Assembly: GCA_041751215.1 (NCBI GenBank)
Contig: JBGSXW010000002.1
Coordinates: 350,591-414,590 of the forward strand
Origin: Candidatus Saccharimonadales bacterium
GTDB lineage: Bacteria > Patescibacteriota > Saccharimonadia > Saccharimonadales > JBGSXW01
DNA: 64,000 nt
Direction: 5' to 3'
The notes below the pieces were generated by a model that saw only the letters and a program-made list of their open reading frames with translations, did no database searches and was not told the DNA's origin. The stretch's first letter is position 1, and the number at the start of each line of letters is the position of its first letter. A program made the position numbers and the translations under genes. Of the stretch, positions 1-7,420 are shown in pieces.

Positions 1-236
1 TCTTCTTCGACCGGAGCAACCGGAGTCTCATTTATAGCTATAAAGACCGAGTCCAGAGCATCGTAAACACGTTCGGCGCTATCGTTTAGCTCGTCGACCC
101 AGTCTTGGGTTACGGTAGTTGCACCGTCGGTTGCAACGATACCAAGGCCAGCAATCGCATCATGACTAGCTCGCTCAATGCGCTCGGCTAGCTCTGCAAA
201 TTCGGCTGAAATAGTAGCTGGATCAAAGTCTGGCAT
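1..236 (-). CDS. hypothetical protein, N-terminal 78 codons (gene runs off left edge)
   Basis: Uninterrupted minus-strand frame from ATG 236-234 to the window edge (MPDFDPATISAEFAELAERIERASHDAIAGL...). GGAGG (complement of 242-246) lies 5 nt upstream. It is absent from the ORF track because it is open-ended. Confidence 0.45.
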   Translation of the reverse strand, partial: MPDFDPATISAEFAELAERIERASHDAIAGLGIVATDGATTVTQDWVDELNDSAERVYDALDSVFIAINETPVAPVEE

Positions 237-286
237 AATAGCCTCCAGCATATCTGTCGACTTGATCTCAAGCAAGCATAAGCTAG

Positions 287-688
287 CTAGTCTATGTAGC
301 CGACCATTTTTAGCAGATCGTGTAAGTCGTGGATCAAATCCGATTTAGCGTAACACTCTTGTGGTGTTAGCCATTTGTAATCTGAGTGCGCCGAGTCTTC
401 AAGCCTTACTTCGTGGTGATCATCAATCTTGATTCTGTAAGTTACGTATTCATAAGGTGTGTCTGGAGCTGGTAAGAAATCAAAGACACCTAGTAGTTCC
501 AGCTGTGAGGCCCCGCCACTGTAACCGGTTTCTTCCTCGAGTTCACGAAGTACAGCCTGGTCGTCAGTCTCGCCGGGCTCTACCTTTCCGCCTGGCAGAC
601 CCCAGGTGTTTCCGTGGGGCTTGTGGCTGTGTCGCAGCAATACCAGAAACTTGCCGTCATATTCTAAAAAACAACCTACTATTCTCAT
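287..688 (-). CDS. NUDIX hydrolase
   Basis: Nudix box [23 protein letters not shown]. Confidence 0.85.
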   Translation of the reverse strand: MRIVGCFLEYDGKFLVLLRHSHKPHGNTWGLPGGKVEPGETDDQAVLRELEEETGYSGGASQLELLGVFDFLPAPDTPYEYVTYRIKIDDHHEVRLEDSAHSDYKWLTPQECYAKSDLIHDLHDLLKMVGYID

Positions 689-750
689 TAGATAATCTTA
701 GCAAAACCATGCTATAACGCACGCTGCTTGAATAAAGTATCAGCATAATC

Positions 751-756
751 GATTAT
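751..756 (+). promoter_or_regulatory. -10-like hexamer GATTAT exactly 6 nt before ATG 763 (leaderless geometry)
   Basis: GATTAT-GTAAGT-ATG with no SD. Five other genes in the window show the same spacing. Confidence 0.3.
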
Positions 757-762
757 GTAAGT

Positions 763-1746
763 ATGAATAACGAGCAGCAAAAGCTTGAGATTATGATAAA
801 ACTACCTCGGGGATTGAGTCTACCGGGTGGTCTGGTGGGGGCTGTCGCAAAAACTAAACTTTGCGACAAAGACACCTCTATATACACGCCCTCCTTTCGT
901 AAGATAAGGCGTAGGGATGAATTTAAGCCGATAGTCCCCGTTAAAACTGCTGCGAATTGGGAGCAGCACTTTAATAGTCCGCCACACGATACGCGAGCAC
1001 CCTGGGGGCGTGTGACTAGCCATCAAGAAGGCGAGGGCGGGCGTGGAATTCATTCTTTTTATGTAACTCGATTAATTGCTATTACCGACGAATCCGTCAC
1101 GCATAATACTGCGCAAAAAATTTATCACTCACTGGATGACTGGGCACAATTACTATGCGACTGGTATGAGGTCTACTTTCAAACAACCAGAGGAAATTCC
1201 TTAGAAGTAAAGCAGCACTCCAAGCATCATGAGGGGGTACAAGTTGATAGCAATGGAAAAATCGACAGCGAACTGAAGTGTAAGCATCCAATCGCAATTA
1301 CACTTGAGGTGGGCGACAAGCCTAATATACGACCGCAAGACTGGAGACGCATACTGGAACTTACTGGCATGGAGTCTGCGCCTCCTGAACCACATATTTT
1401 GTTACGAGATTCTCGAATTGAATATGGCAGAAAAAATTATCGGAGATGTGTGCTCGATGCAGCAACTGCAGCTGAAATGGCTTTGATTAAGTTGCAAGAT
1501 TCCACCCTTTTAAATACAGACTTGAAAATTGCTAAGTCAGTTAGGAAAAAGTACCGAGGAATTTACGAGCTTGTGGAATACCTCAAGACTACAGAAGTAG
1601 AATTTCCAAAAGACCAAATAAACAATGACGTCGCAAAGCCTAGGAACAAAGCCATACATGAGGGGGTTATGCCTAGCAAGGAACAAGCGGTGGCATGTTT
1701 AGAAAAAGCGACGGAGCTAGTAAACCGAGCTTTTCCTATTAATTAG
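763..1746 (+). CDS. HEPN-domain protein (RX4H motif), candidate RNase / abortive-infection-type effector
   Basis: The C-terminal ~110 aa are predicted helical, with AKPRNKAIHEG (R294-x4-H299, nt 1642-1659) in the position of the HEPN catalytic motif. I did not recognise the N-terminal 200 aa. Confidence 0.55.
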   Translation: MNNEQQKLEIMIKLPRGLSLPGGLVGAVAKTKLCDKDTSIYTPSFRKIRRRDEFKPIVPVKTAANWEQHFNSPPHDTRAPWGRVTSHQEGEGGRGIHSFYVTRLIAITDESVTHNTAQKIYHSLDDWAQLLCDWYEVYFQTTRGNSLEVKQHSKHHEGVQVDSNGKIDSELKCKHPIAITLEVGDKPNIRPQDWRRILELTGMESAPPEPHILLRDSRIEYGRKNYRRCVLDAATAAEMALIKLQDSTLLNTDLKIAKSVRKKYRGIYELVEYLKTTEVEFPKDQINNDVAKPRNKAIHEGVMPSKEQAVACLEKATELVNRAFPIN

Positions 1747-1775
1747 GGGTTCTCCCGCGCACAAACTTTGACGAC

Positions 1776-1805
1776 CGAACCTGGTGCTTTGCACCTTCAG
1801 GTTCG
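1776..1805 (-). other. tRNA-trailer hairpin module (T-arm mimic) downstream of tRNA-Arg
   Basis: In tRNA sense: CGAACCT-GAA-GGTGC-AAA-GCACC-AGGTTCG. The 3' strand CAGGTTCG equals the 5' half of the tRNA-Arg T-arm. The architecture matches the modules at 32114-32143 and 4145-4171. Confidence 0.55.
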
Positions 1806-1835
1806 ATGCTTGTCAGAACTACCACGAAAACAAAA

Positions 1836-1850
1836 CCACCCCTTGGGTGG
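1836..1850. terminator. bidirectional stem-loop terminator
   Basis: CCACCC-CTT-GGGTGG is followed by cattatttt on the plus strand and by TTTTGTTTTC on the minus strand. It sits between the HEPN gene end and the 3' end of tRNA-Arg. Confidence 0.5.
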
Positions 1851-1861
1851 CATTATTTTCG

Positions 1862-1938
1862 TGGTACCCCGGGCAGGAATCGAACCTGCGACACGTGGGA
1901 TAGAAGCCCACTGCTCTAATCCGCTGAGCTACCGGGGC
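1862..1938 (-). tRNA. tRNA-Arg (anticodon TCT)
   Basis: Hand-folded cloverleaf GCCCCGG/CCGGGGT, anticodon arm GTGGG-CTTCTAT-CCCAC, T-arm GCAGG-TTCGATT-CCTGC, encoded ACCA. Confidence 0.95.
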
Positions 1939-2073
1939 ATGTTTGTTGCCACTTCGGGGCCCCCGCAAAGTTCCTACTTTGTGGGGAAGAGGAGGAATGA
2001 CGGAAAACTTACATCGCATGGACAGCGACACTTGTTCTTGTTCATGCCAGTAAGTTTGTAGTCCATTCCGACG

Positions 2074-2148
2074 TGGTGCGGGATAACGGAGTCGAACCGA
2101 TGTCCTCAGTTTGGAAAACTGATATATTAACCGCTATACGAATCCCGC
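2074..2148 (-). tRNA. tRNA-Gly (anticodon TCC)
   Basis: Acceptor GCGGGAT/ATCCCGC, anticodon arm TCAGT-TTTCCAA-ACTGA (anticodon TCC, not CCA), T-loop GGTTCGACTCC, encoded CCA. It closely resembles E. coli tRNA-Gly(UCC). Confidence 0.93.
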
Positions 2149-2163
2149 GTCTTGCAAATTATA

Positions 2164-2814
2164 TCAGAGAGAGTTCAGTAGCGCAGCAGCAACCACCGGA
2201 ACAAACAAGTTATCAAAACCGCCAGCAAAGGCTCCTTCTACGCCAGTCAGGAACAAAGATCCTGCAATCACCGCTGCCAGCCTAAACTGCGTTACGTCTC
2301 CGACCAAAACAAATGTGCTCATCAAAACTAGGGTTACGATAAAGAACACTGTGCTCCCGTAGAAAGTTTTATATCCGCCCAATGCTCTATAACGGCGCTT
2401 CCCTCGCCACTTACCAAAAACTGCCGCCAGGCCATCAGATAGAGCCAGCACCAACACAGCAAACGAATAAACCACCGGGTCTTTAAATATAACGGTAACG
2501 GCAATAATTCCTATCGGGTACAAAAAATGCCCCAGTGTCCAACGCGGCACATCCTCAATCGATTTAAACAGGTGGAGTATTCCCGATAGCAGTATCAAAC
2601 CGATAAACAATGAGATGTTGATCAAAACAATCTCACGGCGATTCATATAGAGCGGCAGCGTAGCTAGAAATAACCCAACAGATATATGAATTAGCTTGCG
2701 AGCGTACTCACCGTGGACCAAACCAAATCGCTTCATCGCCTCGGCTACTAGCAGAATCACCCACATTACCAGGATGGCAAAAACCAGATCAATTATGTTT
2801 ACGTGGAATATCAT
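2164..2814 (-). CDS. polytopic membrane protein, CTP-dependent kinase / cytidylyltransferase family (dolichol/phytol-kinase-like)
   Basis: About seven hydrophobic helices. SDGLAAVFGKWRGK...YKTFYGS resembles the D..A..G...G / K(S/T).EG signature of the CdsA/dolichol-kinase superfamily. Confidence 0.45.
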   Translation of the reverse strand: MIFHVNIIDLVFAILVMWVILLVAEAMKRFGLVHGEYARKLIHISVGLFLATLPLYMNRREIVLINISLFIGLILLSGILHLFKSIEDVPRWTLGHFLYPIGIIAVTVIFKDPVVYSFAVLVLALSDGLAAVFGKWRGKRRYRALGGYKTFYGSTVFFIVTLVLMSTFVLVGDVTQFRLAAVIAGSLFLTGVEGAFAGGFDNLFVPVVAAALLNSL

Positions 2815-2863
2815 TAACGCTAATTATACGACGATCGCGTAAAAGCTTATCATTGATGCAACA

Positions 2864-3724
2864 GTGGTTTTAGGTTATAGTATGCAAATTATGTCTGTTG
2901 ACGTTTTTGACCCCATTCCCTGCTTGGACGAAGCTCGTGAACTAAAGGTTGGCTTCAGAGATCACCCGATTGATCCTGATCAGCCGCTTTTTGATGAACC
3001 GCTGGTTGCATTGGCCGATTACGGTGTTGAAGGTGTTAACTACTACAGTCAACCCAACAATGCCACCATCGATCCGGTTGAAGGCGTAACTCCCAACGTA
3101 TTTGTGCGTCGCACCGTAGCCGAGAAGTTAGCTGCCGCCGATGAGTTTCTTTTAGCCCACGACGGATTAGCGGCAATGTTTGATGGCCGTATTAAACTCT
3201 ACGTTCGCGACGGCTTTCGGTCTCCGGTTTTGCAGGAACACTTAAACAATACTGTGATCCCAAATCTGATCCGGACTCAGAATCCGCAGTGGTCCGAGCA
3301 GCAAGTAGCCCAGCGTGCTTCACAAGTTATGACTTCCGGTCTATGGAGTGAGTCCTCTATACCTCCGCACTTCACAGGTGGCGCCGCCGACGTAATACTG
3401 GTCAGAGCCGATGATGGATCGATTATTAACACCGGTTTTAAAATCGTTACTCTCGGCAGCGAAGCAATTCACACCGACCACCTAGAAGCCATTGATGTTG
3501 AAGAACATGAACTAGTGCTGGCTCGCTATGCTCGGCGCGCTTTGTATAATGTTTTAACTTCCAATGAAGTCGGCAATGTGGCGATGACTAACAATCCAAC
3601 TGAAACTTGGCATTTTTCTATTTACGATCAAATGTGGGCCCGACTCAGTAACCAGCCCGCAGCACTCTATGGAGTCCCGCCCGAAATACCAGAGGAATTA
3701 AATCTGGTGGAAATTAATAATTAG
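2864..3724 (+). CDS. D-alanyl-D-alanine dipeptidase family (peptidase M15, VanX/DdpX-like)
   Basis: PPHFTGGAADVILV and ETWHFS match the zinc-binding H..G.A.D and (E)WWHF motifs. The start is uncertain (GTG 2864, ATG 2881 or ATG 2890). Confidence 0.65.
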   Translation: MVLGYSMQIMSVDVFDPIPCLDEARELKVGFRDHPIDPDQPLFDEPLVALADYGVEGVNYYSQPNNATIDPVEGVTPNVFVRRTVAEKLAAADEFLLAHDGLAAMFDGRIKLYVRDGFRSPVLQEHLNNTVIPNLIRTQNPQWSEQQVAQRASQVMTSGLWSESSIPPHFTGGAADVILVRADDGSIINTGFKIVTLGSEAIHTDHLEAIDVEEHELVLARYARRALYNVLTSNEVGNVAMTNNPTETWHFSIYDQMWARLSNQPAALYGVPPEIPEELNLVEINN

Positions 3725-3727
3725 CTC

Positions 3728-3746
3728 TTGGTCGGGGTGAGAGGAC
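3728..3746 (-). repeat. exact 19-nt copy of the tRNA-Pro(CGG) 3' end (att-like direct repeat)
   Basis: TTGGTCGGGGTGAGAGGAC at 3728-3746 is identical to 3933-3951. It starts 4 nt after the stop of the upstream CDS. Confidence 0.85.
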
Positions 3747-3901
3747 AGCGCTCCGGCTTCGCGCGGGGCTAACCTCCGAATTATTTTGCTCGCTCGTAAA
3801 GTGCGCTTAACGCACCTCGCTCGGCCAAGCAAGGAAAACATAAAGCCAAGACTTTGGCTTTATGCCTATCGGTCGGAGGTTCAAGACCAACAATCAGCCA
3901 A
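3747..3901 (-). repeat. tRNA-trailer module E1 (GC-rich, hairpin-rich, built partly from tRNA-Pro T-arm pieces)
   Basis: AACCTCCGA (3771-3779) is a direct T-stem copy. GGTCGGAGGTTCAAGACC (3871-3888) is a 17/18 inverted copy of the tRNA T-arm. An 11-bp hairpin CATAAAGCCAA/TTGGCTTTATG is also present. There is no credible ORF. Confidence 0.6.
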
Positions 3902-3933
3902 CCAAAAAGGGCCACAAAGCGGCCCCCTTTGGT
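3902..3933 (-). terminator. intrinsic terminator after tRNA-Pro(CGG)
   Basis: Minus sense: GGGGCC-GCTTTGT-GGCCC followed by TTTTTGG. Confidence 0.6.
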
Positions 3934-4008
3934 TGGTCGGGGTGAGAGGACTTGAACCTCCGACCTCCGCGTCCCGAACGCGGCGCGCTACCACTGCGCC
4001 ACACCCCG
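3934..4008 (-). tRNA. tRNA-Pro (anticodon CGG)
   Basis: CGGGGTG/CACCCCG acceptor, CCGCG-TTCGGGA-CGCGG anticodon arm, GGAGG-TTCAAGT-CCTCT T-arm, encoded ACCA. Confidence 0.95.
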
Positions 4009-4040
4009 ATCAATAACTAAGTCTATCAAACGGTATTAGT

Positions 4041-4053
4041 GCGGTGAAAGGAC
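4041..4053 (-). repeat. degenerate copy of the tRNA-Pro(TGG) 3' end
   Basis: GCGGTGAAAGGAC versus GGGGTGAAAGGAC in the tRNA (4233-4245), 12/13 identical. Its position is analogous to the 3728-3746 copy. Confidence 0.45.
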
Positions 4054-4190
4054 ATCGCGCGGCTAAGAAGTGAGTGAAAGGGGCCGCCTTCGGCGCGTTT
4101 CCTCATGTGCTCGAAGTAAACTTCTGCGCGCATTCGTCACGAACGAACCTTCTGCTACGCAGTACAGGTTCTCGGGTCTATGCATCCGCA
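4054..4190 (-). repeat. tRNA-trailer module E2 (homolog of the module after tRNA-Lys)
   Basis: The reverse complement of 4110-4149 matches 32138-32177 at 33/40 positions without gaps (hand count). The hairpin GAACCT...AGGTTC (4145-4171) has a 3' strand, in tRNA sense, of GAAGGTTCG, which equals the tRNA-Pro(TGG) T-arm. Confidence 0.65.
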
Positions 4191-4227
4191 CCAAGCAAAA
4201 AGCCCTGCATTAGCAGGACTCTTTGCT
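4191..4227 (-). terminator. intrinsic terminator after tRNA-Pro(TGG)
   Basis: Minus sense: AGTCCTGC-TAAT-GCAGGGCT followed by TTTTTGCTTGG. Confidence 0.6.
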
Positions 4228-4304
4228 TGGTCGGGGTGAAAGGACTCGAACCTTCGACCCCCGCGTCCCAAACGCGGTGCGCTAGCCAACTGCGCTACAC
4301 CCCG
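4228..4304 (-). tRNA. tRNA-Pro (anticodon TGG)
   Basis: CGGGGTG/CACCCCG acceptor, CCGCG-TTTGGGA-CGCGG anticodon arm, GAAGG-TTCGAGT-CCTTT T-arm, encoded ACCA. Confidence 0.95.
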
Positions 4305-4318
4305 ACGAACAGAGGCGA

Positions 4319-4858
4319 TTATACCAACTCAAACCGATAAATACTACTGTTTTGTAGCTGCTTTACGGTACTCATTTCTTCTGGTTGACGATTCTCAGCT
4401 ATCACTTGTACCATTCTACCGGTGCCGTTGTGACTAACAACTAAGATGTTCTCAGCAGGCAAAGCCCGTAACTTATCTAAGCCTCGCTTAACTTTTTCGT
4501 ACATTTCTTGCTTAGAATCAGCACCGGTGATGGGAGGTCCATTTTTTTCACGTTCAAAATACTCGTCTCTTTTCATGCCGGTTGCTTCACCAACATTTCG
4601 TTCAGTCAGCTCTGGTATGATCACAATCTTGTCGGAATCATAACCGATAACATTGGCGATAATTTTAGCACTATCTAGTGCTCTAGATTTAGGAGAGCTA
4701 ACGACTAGGTCTATGCCCTTTGACCTCAGCTCTTCAGCAACACTCTTTGCTTGATCTCGGCCAATGTCAGTCAGCGGAGAGTCAATCCCATCGCCAGCAA
4801 TTACGCCGTCGCGATTAGCTTGACTCTCGCCGTGCCTAACAAAGTAAACAGTTTTCAC
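4319..4858 (-). CDS. histidine phosphatase family protein (phosphoglycerate-mutase-like)
   Basis: N-terminal VYFVRHGESQAN (RHG catalytic motif) and a later SH(N)G motif. Confidence 0.8.
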   Translation of the reverse strand: MKTVYFVRHGESQANRDGVIAGDGIDSPLTDIGRDQAKSVAEELRSKGIDLVVSSPKSRALDSAKIIANVIGYDSDKIVIIPELTERNVGEATGMKRDEYFEREKNGPPITGADSKQEMYEKVKRGLDKLRALPAENILVVSHNGTGRMVQVIAENRQPEEMSTVKQLQNSSIYRFELV

Positions 4859-4860
4859 TG

Positions 4861-6375
4861 CTACTTAGCGAACTCGATAGCGCGAGTTTCGCGAATTACA
4901 TTTACTTTTATTGTGCCCGGGTACTGCATTGTCGATTCAATCTTGTTGGCAATATCTCGGGCCAGCTTGATGGCGCTAAGGTCATCGATATCTTTGGGAC
5001 GAACAACCACACGGATTTCGCGACCGGCAGAAATAGCGTAGGCCTTGTCGATCCCTTGGAATCCAGTAGCAATATTTTCGAGTTCTCGCATGCGCTCAGC
5101 AAAGTTCTCGGCACTAACGTTACGAGCACCGGGGCGTGCCGCGCTAATTGCGTCTACGATACGCACCACCAAGGCCTCGGGAGTTGTAGCCTCGACATCA
5201 TCGTGGTGAGCCTCAATCGCGTGCGCAACTTCTTCTGGCAGACCGTACTTACGAGCCAGCTCGCCGCCAATGTGGTGGTGCTTGCCCTCAATCTTGTGCG
5301 TTAACGCCTTACCAAAGTCGTGTAGCAAAGCTGCAGTTTTGGCAACACGCACATCAGCACCGATTTCATCGGCAATCATGCCAGCTAGGTGTGACATTTC
5401 GGTTGAGTGCTTGAGCACATTCTGGCCGTAAGAAGTTCGGTATTTTAGCTCACCTAGGTAGCGCATGACTTCTTTTGGAATGCCCACTACGCCGACTTCG
5501 CGGCAAGCATCTTCGGCTGCAAGATCAATGTCTTTATCCATTTGTTTGTGCGCTTTTTGAACAACTTCTTCGATACGAGCTGGATGCACTCGGCCATCTT
5601 TGAGTAACATTTCGAGGGCAATTCTGGCAGTCTGGCGCCGAATCGGATCAAAACTAGAAAGAATAATCATGCCTGGCGTGTCGTCAACTAATATGTCGAC
5701 GCCGGTCTCTCGCTGCAAGGCCTGAATGTTTCGGCCTTCTTTACCGATAATGCGGCCCTTCATTTCTTCGTCGTCGAGTTTAACGGCGGTCACTGTTCGC
5801 TCGGCCGTAACCTCGGAAGACATACGCTCCATGGCGGTTAGCAGCACCAGTTGAGCCTGTTCTTCGGCGTCTTCTTTGGCGGTATTTTGCAACTTAGCGA
5901 CCAGGCCTTTTAGGTCCTCTTTAATGTCGCGCTCGGTCATTTTCATCAACTTATCAGCGGCCTCTTGCTTGGTAAGCTTGGCAACTTTTTCGAGCTTGTC
6001 TTGTTGTTTTGAGCGAATGGCTCTAATCTCATCTTTGAGTTTTTCCATCTCGCCTTCGCCAGTACGTAGCCGCTCGGCTCGCTTGTCGAGTTCGTCAAGT
6101 TTCTTGTCGAGATTTTCCTCGCGCGAGAGAATTCGCTCTTCGGTTTTCTTTAGCTCGTTGCGAGCTTGACGCTCAGCCTTGCGGGCTTCATCAGCAATCT
6201 GATCGGCCTCAGCTTTGGCTTTTCGGATCTCGTCTTGAGCCTTTTTTTCAGCATCACGAAGAGTCTTTTCGGCTTTTTTATCGACTTCGCCAAGTCGTTT
6301 TTTAGTTACAGCTGTCGACGCTCCGAATCCGGCAACAATTGCCACGGCGCCGACCACAAGAGTAATTGGGTCCAT
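4861..6375 (-). CDS. rny: ribonuclease Y
   Basis: N-terminal TM helix, long K/E-rich coiled coil, KH domain (GKEGRNIQALQRETGVDILVDD) and HD domain (LLHDFGKA...HH). The start was moved to ATG 6375 (MDPITLVV), which is preceded by AGAAAGGAAAA. Confidence 0.92.
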   Translation of the reverse strand: MDPITLVVGAVAIVAGFGASTAVTKKRLGEVDKKAEKTLRDAEKKAQDEIRKAKAEADQIADEARKAERQARNELKKTEERILSREENLDKKLDELDKRAERLRTGEGEMEKLKDEIRAIRSKQQDKLEKVAKLTKQEAADKLMKMTERDIKEDLKGLVAKLQNTAKEDAEEQAQLVLLTAMERMSSEVTAERTVTAVKLDDEEMKGRIIGKEGRNIQALQRETGVDILVDDTPGMIILSSFDPIRRQTARIALEMLLKDGRVHPARIEEVVQKAHKQMDKDIDLAAEDACREVGVVGIPKEVMRYLGELKYRTSYGQNVLKHSTEMSHLAGMIADEIGADVRVAKTAALLHDFGKALTHKIEGKHHHIGGELARKYGLPEEVAHAIEAHHDDVEATTPEALVVRIVDAISAARPGARNVSAENFAERMRELENIATGFQGIDKAYAISAGREIRVVVRPKDIDDLSAIKLARDIANKIESTMQYPGTIKVNVIRETRAIEFAK

Positions 6376-6560
6376 AGTTTTCCTTTCTGCACCTCTGTCC
6401 TGCGGGCCAAACTGTGCGTGTTTGGCTAGTTGTATCACCGCCCAACAAAGATGTATATCACTATCTAAATTTTTCTAACTGGACTTCCTCACACAATAAA
6501 GAAATCTGTACTTATAATACGCGTCTTAGTTTTGCTTGGTCAATGCCAATAGCTTTTAGG

Positions 6561-6953
6561 CTATTTACGAGGCTTAGTAATGTTTGCTTCGCCGCCGTAT
6601 TCGGGCATAGCAATTTGATCGCTCTCGCCGTTGTTTAATCGTTTAAGCCCTAGTTCAATCCAAGCCGCCTCGCTGGTTGCAACAACCGGCACATCGTTTG
6701 AATAAGCTAGGGTATTGGCTATAGTGTGTCCGATTCTCAGGCCCGTAAACGAACCTGGTCCCTTAAACACAATCACGCCAGTTATGTCACCGAGGGCTTT
6801 GCCCTGTTTAGCCAATAGTGCTTCGATTTGAGCAAGCAGATCATCCGATAATTCGCGTCCGGCGTTCCAGGTCTTTTGCTCAAGCGTTGAGCCCGAGTTA
6901 TCAATTAGTGAAATGGCTGCCTCAGGTTGGTCGGTTTTAAGAGTTAAGATCAT
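6561..6953 (-). CDS. tsaB: tRNA t6A biosynthesis protein TsaB (short, N-terminal domain only)
   Basis: GPGSFTGLRIG motif. The protein is 130 aa against the usual ~230 aa. It is translationally coupled to tsaE. Confidence 0.7.
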   Translation of the reverse strand: MILTLKTDQPEAAISLIDNSGSTLEQKTWNAGRELSDDLLAQIEALLAKQGKALGDITGVIVFKGPGSFTGLRIGHTIANTLAYSNDVPVVATSEAAWIELGLKRLNNGESDQIAMPEYGGEANITKPRK

Positions 6954-7420
6954 GCTAGATCCTTAGTTAAGTGTTTGTGAGCAGGGCCAATGATGAGTTC
7001 GAGCTTTCTGGTGTTTTCTGTCGGACTCGTAAACTTTATCTGTAGACGATCATCAGGCAGCACTGAGCTTATGACGTCAGACCACTCTACAACAACCGTT
7101 TCTTGAGCGTGCCCAATAATTTCCGCTATTTCGTTCTTCATAATTCCAGCATCAGCTAGCCGATAAAAATCAAAGTGGTTGATTCTTAGCTCGTCTTTGG
7201 CCTTATAAATTCTGCTAATTGTAAAGGTTGGGCTTGCCACCTGATCGCTACTACCCGCTCCACGAGCCAGACCTCGAACAAACTCAGTTTTACCAACACC
7301 AACATCACCGATAAGCTCTATTACCTCTTTGCCTCGGAGGTTTTTTCCAATCGCTTCACCGATCTGTTGCGTATTTGTAAAGCTTTTTGACTCCAGCAGT
7401 AAGGTTGTGTCGGTATTCAT
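6950..7420 (-). CDS. tsaE: tRNA t6A biosynthesis ATPase TsaE
   Basis: Walker A GDVGVGKTEFVRGLARG. Start chosen at ATG 7420 (MNTDTT). It still overlaps the upstream gene end by 65 nt. Confidence 0.8.
   Translation of the reverse strand: MNTDTTLLLESKSFTNTQQIGEAIGKNLRGKEVIELIGDVGVGKTEFVRGLARGAGSSDQVASPTFTISRIYKAKDELRINHFDFYRLADAGIMKNEIAEIIGHAQETVVVEWSDVISSVLPDDRLQIKFTSPTENTRKLELIIGPAHKHLTKDLA

Noticed and set aside
1998-2054. An 18-codon Cys-rich ORF (MTENLHRMDSDTCSCSCQ) after AGGAGG, in the spacer between tRNA-Gly and tRNA-Arg. A 10-bp hairpin CCCCGCAAAG/CTTTGTGGGG lies just upstream.
   Set aside because: The SD-to-ATG spacing is only 1 nt and the ORF is antisense to the tRNA operon. It is too short to evaluate, so I treat it as chance.
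2074-2148. My first reading of this tRNA as tRNA-Trp (CCA).
   Set aside because: The correct loop register (TCAGT-TTTCCAA-ACTGA) puts TCC at positions 34-36. The sequence closely resembles tRNA-Gly(UCC).
1768-2285. Track ORFs 1768..2061(+), 1819..2031(-) and 2073..2285(+).
   Set aside because: They run across tRNA-Arg, tRNA-Gly and their spacer. There are no start signals, and the tRNA cloverleaves explain the sequence.
3786-4340. Track ORFs 3786..4016(+) and 4074..4340(+).
   Set aside because: They read through the antisense of the two tRNA-Pro genes and their GC-rich trailers, which makes them spurious.
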